Shown here: positions 38,901-49,990 of the stretch, piece after piece | Position numbering within the stretch: position 1 is the stretch's first letter | Layout: every line of letters starts with the position of its first letter | Assembly: GCF_021869535.1 (NCBI RefSeq) | Contig: NW_026262604.1 | Coordinates: 32,178,001-32,242,000, forward strand | Source of the DNA: Mytilus californianus | Taxonomy: Eukaryota | Reading direction: 5' to 3' | Length of the DNA: 64,000 bases | Notes under the pieces: generated by a model | Told to the model about the DNA's origin: nothing | Databases searched by the model: none | The model's input: only the letters and a program-made list of their open reading frames with translations | Made by a program: the position numbers and the translations under genes

Positions 38901-41900
38901 AATAATGTCCCCTTGCATAAGTAACCCGTGTAAAACTGGTATCTGTAGAGAATTCAACAACACATACGGATATAGGTAAATATAAAATTGTGTTAGATTG
39001 CAGTAGTGTTTTGTTTTTTTACACTCTAGGTGTAAAGATACATGTTATTATGATGTTTGAAGAAATAATACAATCAAAGTGACAAGGAACGTGTCTGGTT
39101 TTTATTTAAATATTTTATTTAAATCAAATTAAACATTGCGATAAATCTTAGGTTTCAACTCCAAATCGAATTTATTTAAGACGTTTTCGACCTTTCTGTG
39201 TCTGTCCTTTTTGTTTATGTTTCACGTGATTCATTGGTCAACAAATGGTGTAGGTCGTAGAATTTATGAATACAGATTCTACTTTTATTTAAAACCATGC
39301 AGTCAAACATCGTCAGTACATTTACCATAATGATACAAAAAAAAAGACAATCTAAAAGACAACACTGATACTAGTAATAAAATTCAATCTAAAAATTAAT
39401 AAAGTTTACTTGGATACGCCTTGAAACTTTGTTATAAACAATATCATGATATCTGCTCCTGTTGGAACAAATATTCTATACCATTTATTCCGTTAGGAAA
39501 AAATACTGTAATATTTGGTAACCTTTTGGAGTAAGATTATTCCAAGGATTGATAGGTTTACCCGGTCGTATCTAAATTCCCGGGCTCTGTAAACAACATC
39601 ACCGTAAACTTTAAGATTAGTCAGCTGTTGAATAGGCTGTTGTTTTCTATTTTGAAATGTTTCACATTGTTTCATATCGGGCCTTGTATAGCTTTTCATA
39701 CGACATGATTTTTTTTTAAATTGTTGAAAGTAATTGTAGATTTGCAGTTGTTTTTTTTTATCTTGGTCGTGTTTTTTCGTGGTTAGTTGTCCATTGGCAA
39801 GAAAACCACCTTTCCTTGTACGTGTATGTCTCGCCTGCAATGACAGTCGCGGAAGCGAGACACATATATCCGATATACCGCCGTTGTCGAAGTCGTCAAT
39901 ATGTTGGGTTGAGTATGTGGTTAAAGTTTATTTTAGCATCAATAACGCTGGCAAGCCTTTGTTGAATTGGTAAAAAACATAGACAAGAGCTTTTTCTGAA
40001 TAAAAAAAAAACGGTATCGAGAGAAAATGTTAGATTTAATTATTAGTTTTCTGTATTTTTCTGATAAATAGACTGAGTGCCATTGGGAAAGTTAAAATTA
40101 AGATGCAGTTGAAGGCTTAGTTTTTAAGATGTCAAACCTTCTTAGAATCCTTAGAAATTTGAACAGATGCTGATAATGATTACAAGATAATTGATGAAGC
40201 AAAATTTTGAAAAGAATTTGTGTTTCCATTTACCATACTATGCTGGTAGATGATTTTTTTTTTTTTCAATTAACATTTAAATTCAGTCAGCGGGTTAAAT
40301 TTTTCAGATTTCATAAACTTTGTTAAACCTTTATGGAATTTGATGAGATTTGTGAAGCAGCTTCTTCATTATCAAGATATAGTATTTGAAGCAGCAGCAA
40401 ACACACTGAGAACGCATGGTTCCAGGAAAGTTTTTGCATTTTTTTTTTATATACGAATTTTTATGATGTTTTCCTAAATCATTGCATCACCGAATGCAAA
40501 TTTATTGTCGAATGTGTACGTTCGCAAAGAGCAATACGAAGGGTTTCACTAATAAAGAATGGTCTGCTTACCGTGGCATCAAGTTCACTGAAAGGGTGTG
40601 GTTCGTGTTGCTCAGTCGTTTCTCTTTGCGTAGTGTTTTGTAAAATGTTGTTGTCTTTTGATACGCCCGTCTACGGGACGTATCATGGTATACCGTTGTC
40701 CGTCTGTCCGTCCGTCGTCAACACTTCGGACAATAAGTTAAAAACGCGTTTACCAATTTTCATGAAACTTTGATGAACTGTTAATTTTTATTGACGTAAG
40801 CTCTCTTTCGATTTTTATAAATTTTAGATTTTACGTTTTTGCGTAAGGGGGGTTTATTCATAAAAAAATGGGGGATTTTCCAGTTTTCTGACTATAACTC
40901 ATAAATGGCATGCTTTAAGCAATTTCAATGAAATTGTCGTGAAATGTTTAAATATATTGATATAAGTTCCCCCTTGATTTATAAAAAAAATATGATTTTA
41001 CGTTTTGGAGTATTAGGACTTCATTCATAAAAAGGGGGAACGGATGTGTCATGCGCTCACTGCGCAGCTCTTATTTGGCCATGTTGTGGTAGACCTGTTG
41101 TCTAACTTATAATTTTTGATGGTCTTCTTGGTGTCCTAAAAAACGAAAAAAAAATTAAAAAATAATCAAAGTTTACTCAACAACAAATAATAATGTCTAC
41201 TGTATATTTTTTACCCATGTATTGTAGATGTGTTTTGTACACAATGACAGGGCATAATAATGTTACAATTACTTCAAGTATTATACCACCTAACAATAGT
41301 AAGTATGATATTTATGATACGTATATGTAATAATTGTGTAAATGACAAATGACAGATGTCAATTTCATAAACACCTTGATAGAAATGTGTCATTAATGAG
41401 GGTTTGAAGGGGTTCCTTCAATTCTGTATTCTTTCATTTTTTAAGCCATTTATCTCTTTTCTTTATAAATGTTGCATATTAATCTCCAGTCTTTTTATTT
41501 TAGCACCCCATTATTCTCTATTCTTTAATTTTTTTTATTTTTTTCTCTAATCTTTTTCTTTTTTTTTTTGCCTCATTTTTCTTTAGTACTGTCCTATTAT
41601 TCTCTATGCTGTAAACCCCATGCTGACCCTCATTGATATTTTGCCTGTGGATAAATGATCGATTAATTTATGAAACTTTTTTTATTGATATATTTGAACT
41701 TTTTTCCGGTGATTTGTATAATTCTCTTTCAATCAATAAATTTTTAATTAAGCATAATTTCACTCAGTAATTTGATTAAGACGTATTTTTTCTTCTAATT
41801 TTTACGATAATTTATTTGTTTTTATACTGTTTATTTGTTATGTCAATTGCATTCATTTTCATTATCATAATTCATCAATCATCGATTTCATTCATATTGT

Positions 41901-44484
41901 CATTTTAAACATTTCATTGACAAATTATTCGCGCGCGATTTTTAAAAAGGTAAGTGCAACTTTTATTAATTTTTCAAATGTTTTATAAATAACAATTATT
42001 AATATTTATTTATTGAACACTTAAGTATTGTTTGAACATAACTGTTCAATTGATATTATGTTTTTCGTATGAAAATTTTGCATAATAAAACATACATTAA
42101 ATATGAGCATACATGTACATTCATATAGGAATACTTAGACGCGAATACACACACATACGCGTTATTGCTCTTTTTTGTTTTGTTTTGTTTTATCTTTTTA
42201 TGTTGTAAAGATACTTTTATTAGTATGTTTTATTTATGCCTGTGTTATCGGTTGGTTGATTTCATAGACTCCGCTGTTTAACTGAAAAACCCAAATGTAA
42301 GTATTAAACGATGTAAAATAAGTTATTGCTTAAACTAATTCGGATATGAATTTCAGTATCCGTCACAGTGAAGCTACTTCTTAAAAGAATTAAGAAAATA
42401 AAAAAACAAAAACAAAAAATGGAATAAAACAAATCAAAACACAACAGGTTTAGCAAATGTGTATCAACATTACATACAAGTACAAAATTATACATGTAGA
42501 ATATTACCAGGAAAACATTTTCTGATGAAAAAACGAAAAGCGGTCCAAAAACTTTCCGATTATTACAGTGGAATGCTTTATTAAAGAAGATCAACGTATT
42601 CGTAACTTATTTTGGTTTTTCTATTGACACGATGATGTAAAAAAAACGGACTATTTGCTGACCTACTAGAATACCAAAGGAATGGTGGGTCGAGCTTCAT
42701 TTAGATAAAAATGTAAGTGTGATTTTTGCGAAAAAAATAGATGTAGCACAACTTTTTGAATTGTATACTCGACAGTTATTTTGCTTTGAAATGAACCATG
42801 TAATATGAGAAATGTATTTTTACGTTTAAGATACAATACAAATTCAAACTAAAATGAAAAAGAGGAGATGTGGTTATACGCCAACAAGACAGCAACACAA
42901 CGAAACAAACAATCAAAACACATCAAGAGATAATAGATAAATGAATCTGAATTAGTTATTACTCAATGAATTTCTGTCGATATTTTTGGTCGTATTTTTT
43001 ACAACAATTTATATATATCAAAATTGAAGTCGTCAAACGGGTTGAGTTGGTTAAAATTGGTGTGCTCCCTTTACTTTTCAGCAAAGGATTCTTCTGAAAA
43101 AAAAACACCTTGTGATACACTAAATAATACAAGCCTGTAAAAGTGATGACAATACGTTTTTGTTTTATAAAAAAGTTGCAAAAATGATGGTCTTACCGCG
43201 AAATTCCACGCTAAAGAATGGTTCAGTATCAATTTACTAAAACATAAGAGAAATTATTAAAATACTTAACAACGACTCTTACAGTCAAACATTGAAAGAC
43301 TACCAGGACAAATATACAAATAAACCGGGCACTAGATAGTTTAATTTAGTTGAAGGCAAAATTGCTATATACTTACGAACTAAAAAGTAACGCAGCTTAA
43401 ATATTGTAATATATAAAGTAAATAAAAAACCTGGCGAAAATTTAATTCTTGTGCGTTTCCAAGAAGGGCGAAAGATAACAAAGTGATTTTCATACTCATA
43501 AGTCGGTAACAAACTGACAATGCCATGGCAAAAAAAAAGAAGATCGACGAATAGACAAAACAATACACAAAACACAACATAGAAATCTAAAGACTGAGAA
43601 ACACCAAAATTAGTAAACCGGGATCACGAGGTGTGTGAAAGGACCATACATTTCAAGAGCATCTTATGGAAAGATGACCAGTCTGTACAGGTGCGTTTAA
43701 ATATCAAGCTTGGATAGGGTTTACGGAAAAGAGAATAATTGGCTTCGTGTATTGTATGTCGTTTCTTCAGTTTTATTCTAATTTTAGATTATGAAAATTT
43801 CAAGATGCGAAAAAGCATAACGTCAATCCCTAGACACTGCAGGTAAGTTAAATTTCCCAAAGGGTATTATTTTGGTAATGGTCCGACGTAATTGGCGGGA
43901 CCCAGTGTTGGATTCAAAAGGGGTAGAGGGCGTAAGCCCCAATTAGATTGGAATATATATCATTTTTAGCTCGGCGGTATATATATATATTCGGTTTTCT
44001 GGAATTACGCCCCTTTCAAAATTCCTGGATCCGCCTCTAGAACCATTGGAAATTAGAACTTTCCTGTGTTGTTGGATTGTTGTACCAAGACGTATAACCA
44101 AAATCATCTTTTATTCATACCCATTTATGTAAGTAAATTCTCCTATATGTATTAATAATTAAAACACAGCATGGTTCCATACATATATAAGCTGTAGACA
44201 CAATTATACTGCATGGTGAAATATGTGAATAGGATACTTACCATAGCAGTGTCAAACATATTACTATAAACGTTAAAGTGATGATGACTTTAATATTTCT
44301 AAATTAGTGCAAAAATATATTTTCGGTCTTATTCTATAATTGATTAATAACGGCTGTTCATAGTGATGATTCTGGAGCTTTGAATACTGGGGCACTGACC
44401 ATTAATGTGTTTAGGGGGGAAAACAGTTCGACTTATAGTATAACATTGTTTTCCAATAACATACTGGAACAAGATTTGCTTTAA
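29940..44484 (+). CDS. Multi-exon gene for a secreted PAN-PAN-CUB-(EGF)x11 protein, 825 aa as modelled
   Basis: 11 GT-AG exons totalling 2478 nt with compatible phases and no internal stop. Exons 1-7 are supported by domain content. Exons 8-11 are supported only by splice signals and phase. Confidence 0.8.
31633..31917 (+). CDS. Exon 2: PAN/apple domain 1
   Basis: ttttcag acceptor; CAAKC..CYAFEY..C..HYYER; AAG|gtaag donor; 285 nt, phase 1-1. Confidence 0.9.
33901..34122. mobile_element. TA-flanked MITE (intron 2)
   Basis: TA-CTGTAAACCAACTAATTTTCGCG pairs with GCGAAAATAAGTTGGTTCACAG-TA; internal cgcgaa repeats. Confidence 0.85.
34263..34523 (+). CDS. Exon 3: PAN/apple domain 2
   Basis: tttacag acceptor; EQCAHLC..CLSFSY..CGLS..YDHY; |gtacgt donor; 261 nt, phase 1-1. 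Confidence 0.9.
35228..35581 (+). CDS. Exon 4: CUB domain
   Basis: C..IASVRFPY..CYLKLEAPPGHKIEITF..C..DGITLHDG..IGRFC..STANSLFITYKT..FKAVY; G|gtaag donor; 354 nt. Confidence 0.92.
35986..36747 (+). CDS. Exon 5: seven tandem EGF-like domains (the second is calcium-binding type)
   Basis: Regular six-Cys spacing; NIDDC..CVDELNGYHC; CAG|gtagc donor; 762 nt. Confidence 0.95.
37625..37792 (+). CDS. Exon 6: end of EGF7 plus EGF8
   Basis: GSTCETDIAVNPCDKAQCGIGLCEALHGSRMAYRCLCPNGYRGTNCQ; T|gtaagt donor; 168 nt. Confidence 0.9.
38666..38975 (+). CDS. Exon 7: EGF9, EGF10 and the start of EGF11
   Basis: tttttcag acceptor; CEHVQCFNGGKC..CSFLPCLANATC..CISNPCKTGIC; AG|gtaaat donor (phase 2). Confidence 0.9.
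40656..41076 (+). mobile_element. HINE-type element (intron 7)
   Basis: ttttgatacgcccgtctacgggacg head, (gtcc)n microsatellite, end catgcgctcactgcgcagctcttattt. Confidence 0.7.
41228..41298 (+). CDS. Exon 8: RCVLYTMTGHNNVTITSSIIPPNN
   Basis: tgtag acceptor supplies the expected R-C; A|gtaagt donor; phase 2 to 1. Confidence 0.6.
42569..42601 (+). CDS. Exon 9 (33 nt, symmetric, optional): MECFIKEDQRI
   Basis: ttacag acceptor, weak gtaact donor, frame-preserving. Confidence 0.35.
43788..43842 (+). CDS. Exon 10: YENFKMRKSITSIPRHC
   Basis: Pyrimidine-rich ttttag acceptor, strong CAG|gtaagt donor, phase 1 to 2. Confidence 0.55.
44364..44484 (+). CDS. Exon 11 (terminal): SDDSGALNTGALTINVFRGENSSTYSITLFSNNILEQDLL*
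   Basis: ttcatag acceptor; open for 39 codons in the required phase; ends at TAA. Confidence 0.5.
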
Positions 44485-45142
44485 AACTAAATGTTGAATT
44501 TTCTCTTTATCTTTTAATTAATGGAAACAAAAAATGTTTTACTTCCCTTCTGAAACAAATATTTTTTTCAAGCACTTTAGAATCAATCAAATTGTTTAAA
44601 AAAAAAACCTCCCACCAACAAAAGATGTATGGTATATCTCTTTATATCTAGACACCCTGTATTTTATTTATTTTTCTTTTTTTTTATCTTTTATTCTGCA
44701 CTTTTTTCAAAAAACCTCTTTCAAGTTGTTATAAATATTTATTCTCTATTATGTAAACCCCAATCAGCCCTTCTATATGTCAAATAATAGAATGGTTGAG
44801 GTTAAAAAAGATGATGCTTATTAAGGCCCCGCCGAATGGCGGACGCCCTATAGTGATCAGTCTGTCCGTCCGCGTTTACATACACATACATATGTGGCTA
44901 CAATTTAGTATTTTAAATACTTATGTGGCTTTTTTCTCTTATGGGTCTAGCCACACAAGAGACCAAGTTGGACAGTTATTTTTAGCATACTTGGACTATT
45001 TAAAATCATTTTAAAAAAGAGACTCCCTGTATATGGATTTTAAAGTTCCAATTAAATGGAAGTCCAAGAGAGGTGAAATTGAATTACCCCCCTTACACCA
45101 GTTGAAAAAAAGAGCGCCAATATAACTATTTTTCGCGACTTT

Positions 45143-45154
45143 TGATCACGTGAT
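45143..45154. promoter_or_regulatory. 12-bp palindrome GATCACGTGATC (E-box core) upstream of a candidate first exon
   Basis: Followed within 80 bp by a |gtgagt donor at ~45234 in a locally CpG-containing stretch. Confidence 0.35.
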
Positions 45155-46784
45155 CGGTACTTGTAAATGATAAGTCCCGAGAAGTTACGAGTAATTTTGA
45201 TGGCCATAATGGTGGGAAGAAAACGTCGAAATAAGTGAGTATTTTCTATGAGTTGTTACTACCCATTAAGAAGTAATAAAGCTATCCTCTTTTTATGTGG
45301 CTTAAGTTATTTCCGGTGATCGATACATTTTTAATATGCCATCGATTTTTGTTTTGAAATTAGAAGAAACAAGTGCAATTTCGTCATTTGATGGCCACAT
45401 TCATCAGTATGATAATGGTTGGCTACTTTGCTTCGATAGCTGGGGAGAGTTTACGATTGAAAAACTGCTTTAAGAAGAGGCGCGTGTATTTTTTCAAGAA
45501 TTTAATACTGGAAGCTGCAGGTGAGGTTTACAGGCACGGACCAATTTTTTTCGAGGGAAATGGGGAGAGGGGGGATCTTTAGAAAAAAAAAATGAAGAGA
45601 AAAAATAAACTGGCCCATATATTTCTGTTGACTGTTAAGCAAATAAAAAATCAAAGAAATTTTCTTCTAGTATCATGTACTTGTAGTTGTATACGATATT
45701 TAACTTTAAAGCTACCACTCAGTGACTGTGTATCATCAGAACACCGGTTATAGGTACTAGCCAAGCAGGTGTGATCGATTTTTGCCTCACACGGTATAGA
45801 AAATCTTTGTTTTGTTCACATAATATCAATGTGTACCTCAATCTGTCAATCTAAACCTAATTGTTGTTTTTAGAAATGATTTGTTGGTAGGTTTATAATA
45901 AATGATGTCTAATTATCTTCCCAAAAGAAGAACGAATATTAAAAACATGTGCAAAAACTTGTCAAAGAATTTGGCACTCGTCTCATCCGATATAATTCTG
46001 TATTTATTGCAACTCTTTTTCTGATAGAAGGCCACTGTGCGTGTGCATTAAGTATGGCTGTATCAATAATTTCATTTGCATTGGAATCTTTCATGCATAT
46101 ATTTTTTTGATATTTTATTCTGAAAAGAAGCGTTGTGTATGGTGGTTAGCTGACCACATAAATCTGTTTGTACGGTGCATAGTTTAAAATAAGTAGCTGT
46201 ATGCCATACACAATTTTCATACTCGTTTACTACCCAAAAGGTTTCAAGGAATGAATAATCATAGGTAGGTTTATGATTGGTAACTATTCTTTTTTGCCCT
46301 GTATTGGCTTTCTTTCAGGTAAAACATGTAAATGTCTCAATTGTATCGAAATTGAAAGTTGGTGTTGACATTCACAACTACATGTATCTGCGCATTTGCT
46401 ATTCAATTGTTCTTATTACAGGGGTTCAAACTAACATTTGGTACTGGAAGGTCCAGGACCTTTGACACTCGAAACTGAAAGGTCCACAACCTAAATAAAA
46501 AAAGGCTAAATTCCAGGTCCTACTTTTACTTGAAATATTTCCTAGCTCAGTAAGATACAATATTAATGTGTTTTTAGTGTTAGGTTAATTTTAGCTGGTT
46601 TCAATGTCAAAATCACTGTTGTTTAACATGTTTAATAAAAAAATGTAATTGTCTTGTATATATTATCAATTCAAATAATCTTTTTGGGGGGGGGTATTTG
46701 GGAGGGTGTCGTTGTGGATGGGTGTGTAGTGTCTCAACTATTTGTAATTAGTTACTAATTATACCATTATATTTAACAGTTCAA

Positions 46785-48078
46785 ATGCATACAAATGACT
46801 TCTTTTAGAGAACCACTGAATGGAATGAAACCAAACATGGCATGAATGTTCCCAGGGGTTTATCTGGGTATTTTGGGAAAAAGGACCCTGTCCAGTTTTG
46901 GGAATTTTTTAACGCGGTTTTCAATGAGATTGGGAAAAACAACCAATATTCCTGATGTTAGTTTTAGTGTGTTTAATTCATTAAAAACATTTTTTTGTTG
47001 GTGAAAATAAAGTAAGGACTATACCTTCTTTGTTTTTAAATATAACAATATGACATTTGAGTATCAAAATAATGAGTTCTTACTTCTTGAGGATTGTTAC
47101 ATTTTTTATTTTGACATGAAAATTTGTGAACTGAAATATTGTGAGTTCTGTATAAAATATATCCTGTTTCTATTTTCTTTTTTTATATATCTTTTAGTTT
47201 TCAATTTTAGTGTTGCTAAGTCAGCTGTCACATGTTTGGTTCTTTTAATTTTTTTATTTACTGTTTTCTATTGACAAACCCGGAATTATATACTTGTCCG
47301 TTTCCCGATTTGATCTGGTTTTAGTATTTCCCCCATACTTCCTGTTTATTTATGGCAGCCATTTTTTGTCAATGTTGTTTGTTTAAAAATGTTCAATATG
47401 TTTTAACTTGGATTTACACATTACTTGTTGGCAATTTTTGATATAAAGCTAGCGGTTCAATGAATAAAATAAACATCTATGTCATTAATAATAAAGATGG
47501 AAATGAATTTTGTGATCGTTTGGGAATTTTGCTCCCAAAATTGGGAAAAATGTAGGGTTTTTGCCGTTGGGAATGGGTCCGAAAACTGGACCCTGTGGAA
47601 TGCTAGAAAAATCCTTGGTTCCTTATGAGGTACTGACCAAGTGTTGTTACTTTGTAGCCGATCCATCATTCAAGATGGGCGCCAGCGGGGGACTTAGTTT
47701 AACATAGGACCCTATGGGAAATGCATACAAATGACTTCTTTTAGAGAACCACTGAATGGAAAGAAACCAAACATGGCATGAATGTTCCTTATGAGGTGCT
47801 GACCAAGTGTTGTTACTTTGTAGCCGATCCATCATTCAAGATGGCCGCCAGCGGGGGACTTAGTTTAACATAGGACCCCATGGGAAATGCATACAAAAGA
47901 CTAATTTTAGAGAACTACTGAATGGAATGAAACCAAACATAGCATAAATGTTCCTTTCGAAATGAGGCGCTGGCCAAGTGTTGTTACTTTGTAGCCAAAT
48001 TTTATCTTTTTTTTATATGATTTCAAAAACCCAGGTAGAATCAGGTGAGCGATACAGGCTCTTGAGAGCCTTTAGTTT
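46785..48078 (+). mobile_element. HINE-type element with ~166-bp monomers, interrupted at 46853-47617
   Basis: Monomer anchors at 47635, 47801 and 47972; 3' end caggtgagc..aggctcttgagagcct ttagttt. Confidence 0.8.
46853..47617. mobile_element. Related TIR element with a 5-bp TSD GTTCC, inserted in a HINE monomer
   Basis: gttcc|caggggtttatct ... agaaaaatccttg|gttcc. It interrupts the monomer sequence catgaatgttccttatgagg. Confidence 0.7.
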
Positions 48079-49043
48079 AAATTCTAGTTCTTATTTTTCA
48101 TAATTTATTATAGATGTATTTTGTCAACTGCCTGGAATTATTATTTTTTCATTGTATTTGGTTGGCAAACCCGGAATTATCCTTATCTGCTCCAGAATCT
48201 GATCAGGTTTAATAATTGTCTTTATTTCTGGTTTATGGCATCTGTTGTTTTCAATGTTGTTTTTGTCAGTCAGATACGAGTTTACTTGGATTTACACATT
48301 TCTTGTGTTGACGATTTTGGGTATAAAGCTAGCGGTTGAATAAAATGAACATCGCTTTCATGAATAATGAAGATGAAAATAATTTTGATATCGTTTGGAA
48401 ATTTTGGTCAAAAGGTCGGCAAAGTTAATTTTTATTTTCTTTCTAATAATTTGAAGATCTGTCGGGCCTAACTAGTAACAAAAAAGAAAGTCCGAAGGCT
48501 AAAGTGGAAGGTCATAGACCTCAGACCACAGCTAATTTGAACCCCTGTATTAGAATATCAAAGTTGTCTTATAAATACATGTAGGAAAAAATCAATGCGA
48601 AAATTATTTTGGAGCAGGAATTTCAGATGTTGAGAAATGTACACTGAATGTTGATAAAAACTATAAAAAAAAAAGATTTTTATTTACCGTGTCAGTTGAA
48701 AATCTATCATGCTCGCTTGGTTAGTACCTATATCTGCTGTTCGATGATACACGGTGGCTACCCACCCTATAAAAATGATAATACCGGAAACACAGATTCT
48801 TTTTTAGGCCTTATTTATATATATTTAAAAAGAGGGCAATAAAGTAGTTTCAGATGGAGACATCATGAAGTGGGGGAGGACCTGCTAATAAGCTTTGAAT
48901 GTTATTATATATTTGTAGGTTGGATACACCATGTAACTTTAGAAAAAAAAAAGAAAACTGTGGAACAGACTATTAAAGAATCAACTGGTGGCATTCAATC
49001 AGATAGGTAAGTGTCTGAAACTCATTTGCAGTTCTTATTATTC

Positions 49044-49964
49044 TTTTTGTACTTCACCTGGCTGAAGACCATGTCAGCTTATGCCATCACTTTGTGTCCA
49101 TCATTGTCTGTAAACTTTAAAAAAAATCTTTTACCGTTCAGAAGTTATGGTTCTTGAAAGATTGAAAAGTGGCTTTTCCAGCTTTGTCCGTGCATTTACT
49201 CATGAACCATTCAACTTAAGCTTTTCAAATTTTAATATGTTGATACTGATGACAAACTGGAGGTCAAATTTGATATTGACGATTTTCACTTTCACCGTTC
49301 ATCAGTTATGGTTCTTGTGATATTGGCAGGACACAAATTAATGTTAATAAATCCGATTTGCTGTTGTTGTGACAGCCTCTTGTTTGTTGTTGATTCTAAG
49401 TTTTTAACCGGATTTTTGTGACAAAAATGTCTGTTATTGATTTGGGGATGTAGGGCGGGCGGGCGGGCGGCAATCAAATGTTGTCTGTGCATTAACTCAT
49501 GAACCGTTCAACCAAAGCTTTTAAAATTTTAATATGTTGTTACTGACAACTAAATGAAGGTCAAGTTCTATAATGGCGAACTCCGAAAAATGGAGTTTCC
49601 AGTCGTGTCCGTGCATTTACGCATGAACTGTTCTACCAAAGCTTCCCAAATTTTAATATGTTGTTACTGATGACAAAATGGAGGTCAAGTTCAATAATGA
49701 CGATTTTGACTTTTACCGTTCAGGAGTTATGGTTGTTGAAAGATTGTAAAATGGAGTTTCCAGTCGTGTCCGTGCATTAACTCATGAACTGTTCTACCAA
49801 AGCTTCCCAAATTTTAATATGTTGTTACTGATGACAAAATGGAGGTCAAATTTGATATTGACGAATTTCAGTCACCATTCATCAGTAATGGTTCTTGTGA
49901 TATTGCTAGGACACAAATAAATGTTAATAAATCCGGTTTGCTGTCGTTGTGACAGCCTCTTGTT
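49044..49964 (+). mobile_element. Two adjacent HINE-type copies (49044-49385 and 49401-49964) with ~161-bp monomers
   Basis: Second copy: tttttaaccggattt subTIR, (ggcg)n, aaatccggtt subTIR, gctgtcgttgtgacagc hairpin, ctcttgtt end. The first copy shares the 3' end. Confidence 0.8.
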
Positions 49965-49990
49965 AGCTGTTGGTCTAGATTTATGTCTTA

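Larger units (their letters stand above)
46419..48547. mobile_element. Non-autonomous TIR element (CAGGGGTTCAAA termini) with an apparent 5-bp TSD TATTA
   Basis: tatta|caggggttcaaactaac ... gctaatttgaacccctg|tatta. Confidence 0.7.

Noticed and set aside
35986-38975. Identity with Notch, Delta, Crumbs or mussel foot protein 2
   Set aside because: No DSL, LNR, laminin-G or transmembrane segment. It has PAN and CUB domains and lacks the Tyr/Lys-rich character of Mfp-2.
43630-43692. Extra exon candidate ending CAG|gtgcgt
   Set aside because: Its upstream part is a decayed repeat, the acceptor is poor, and the required phase gives a stop.
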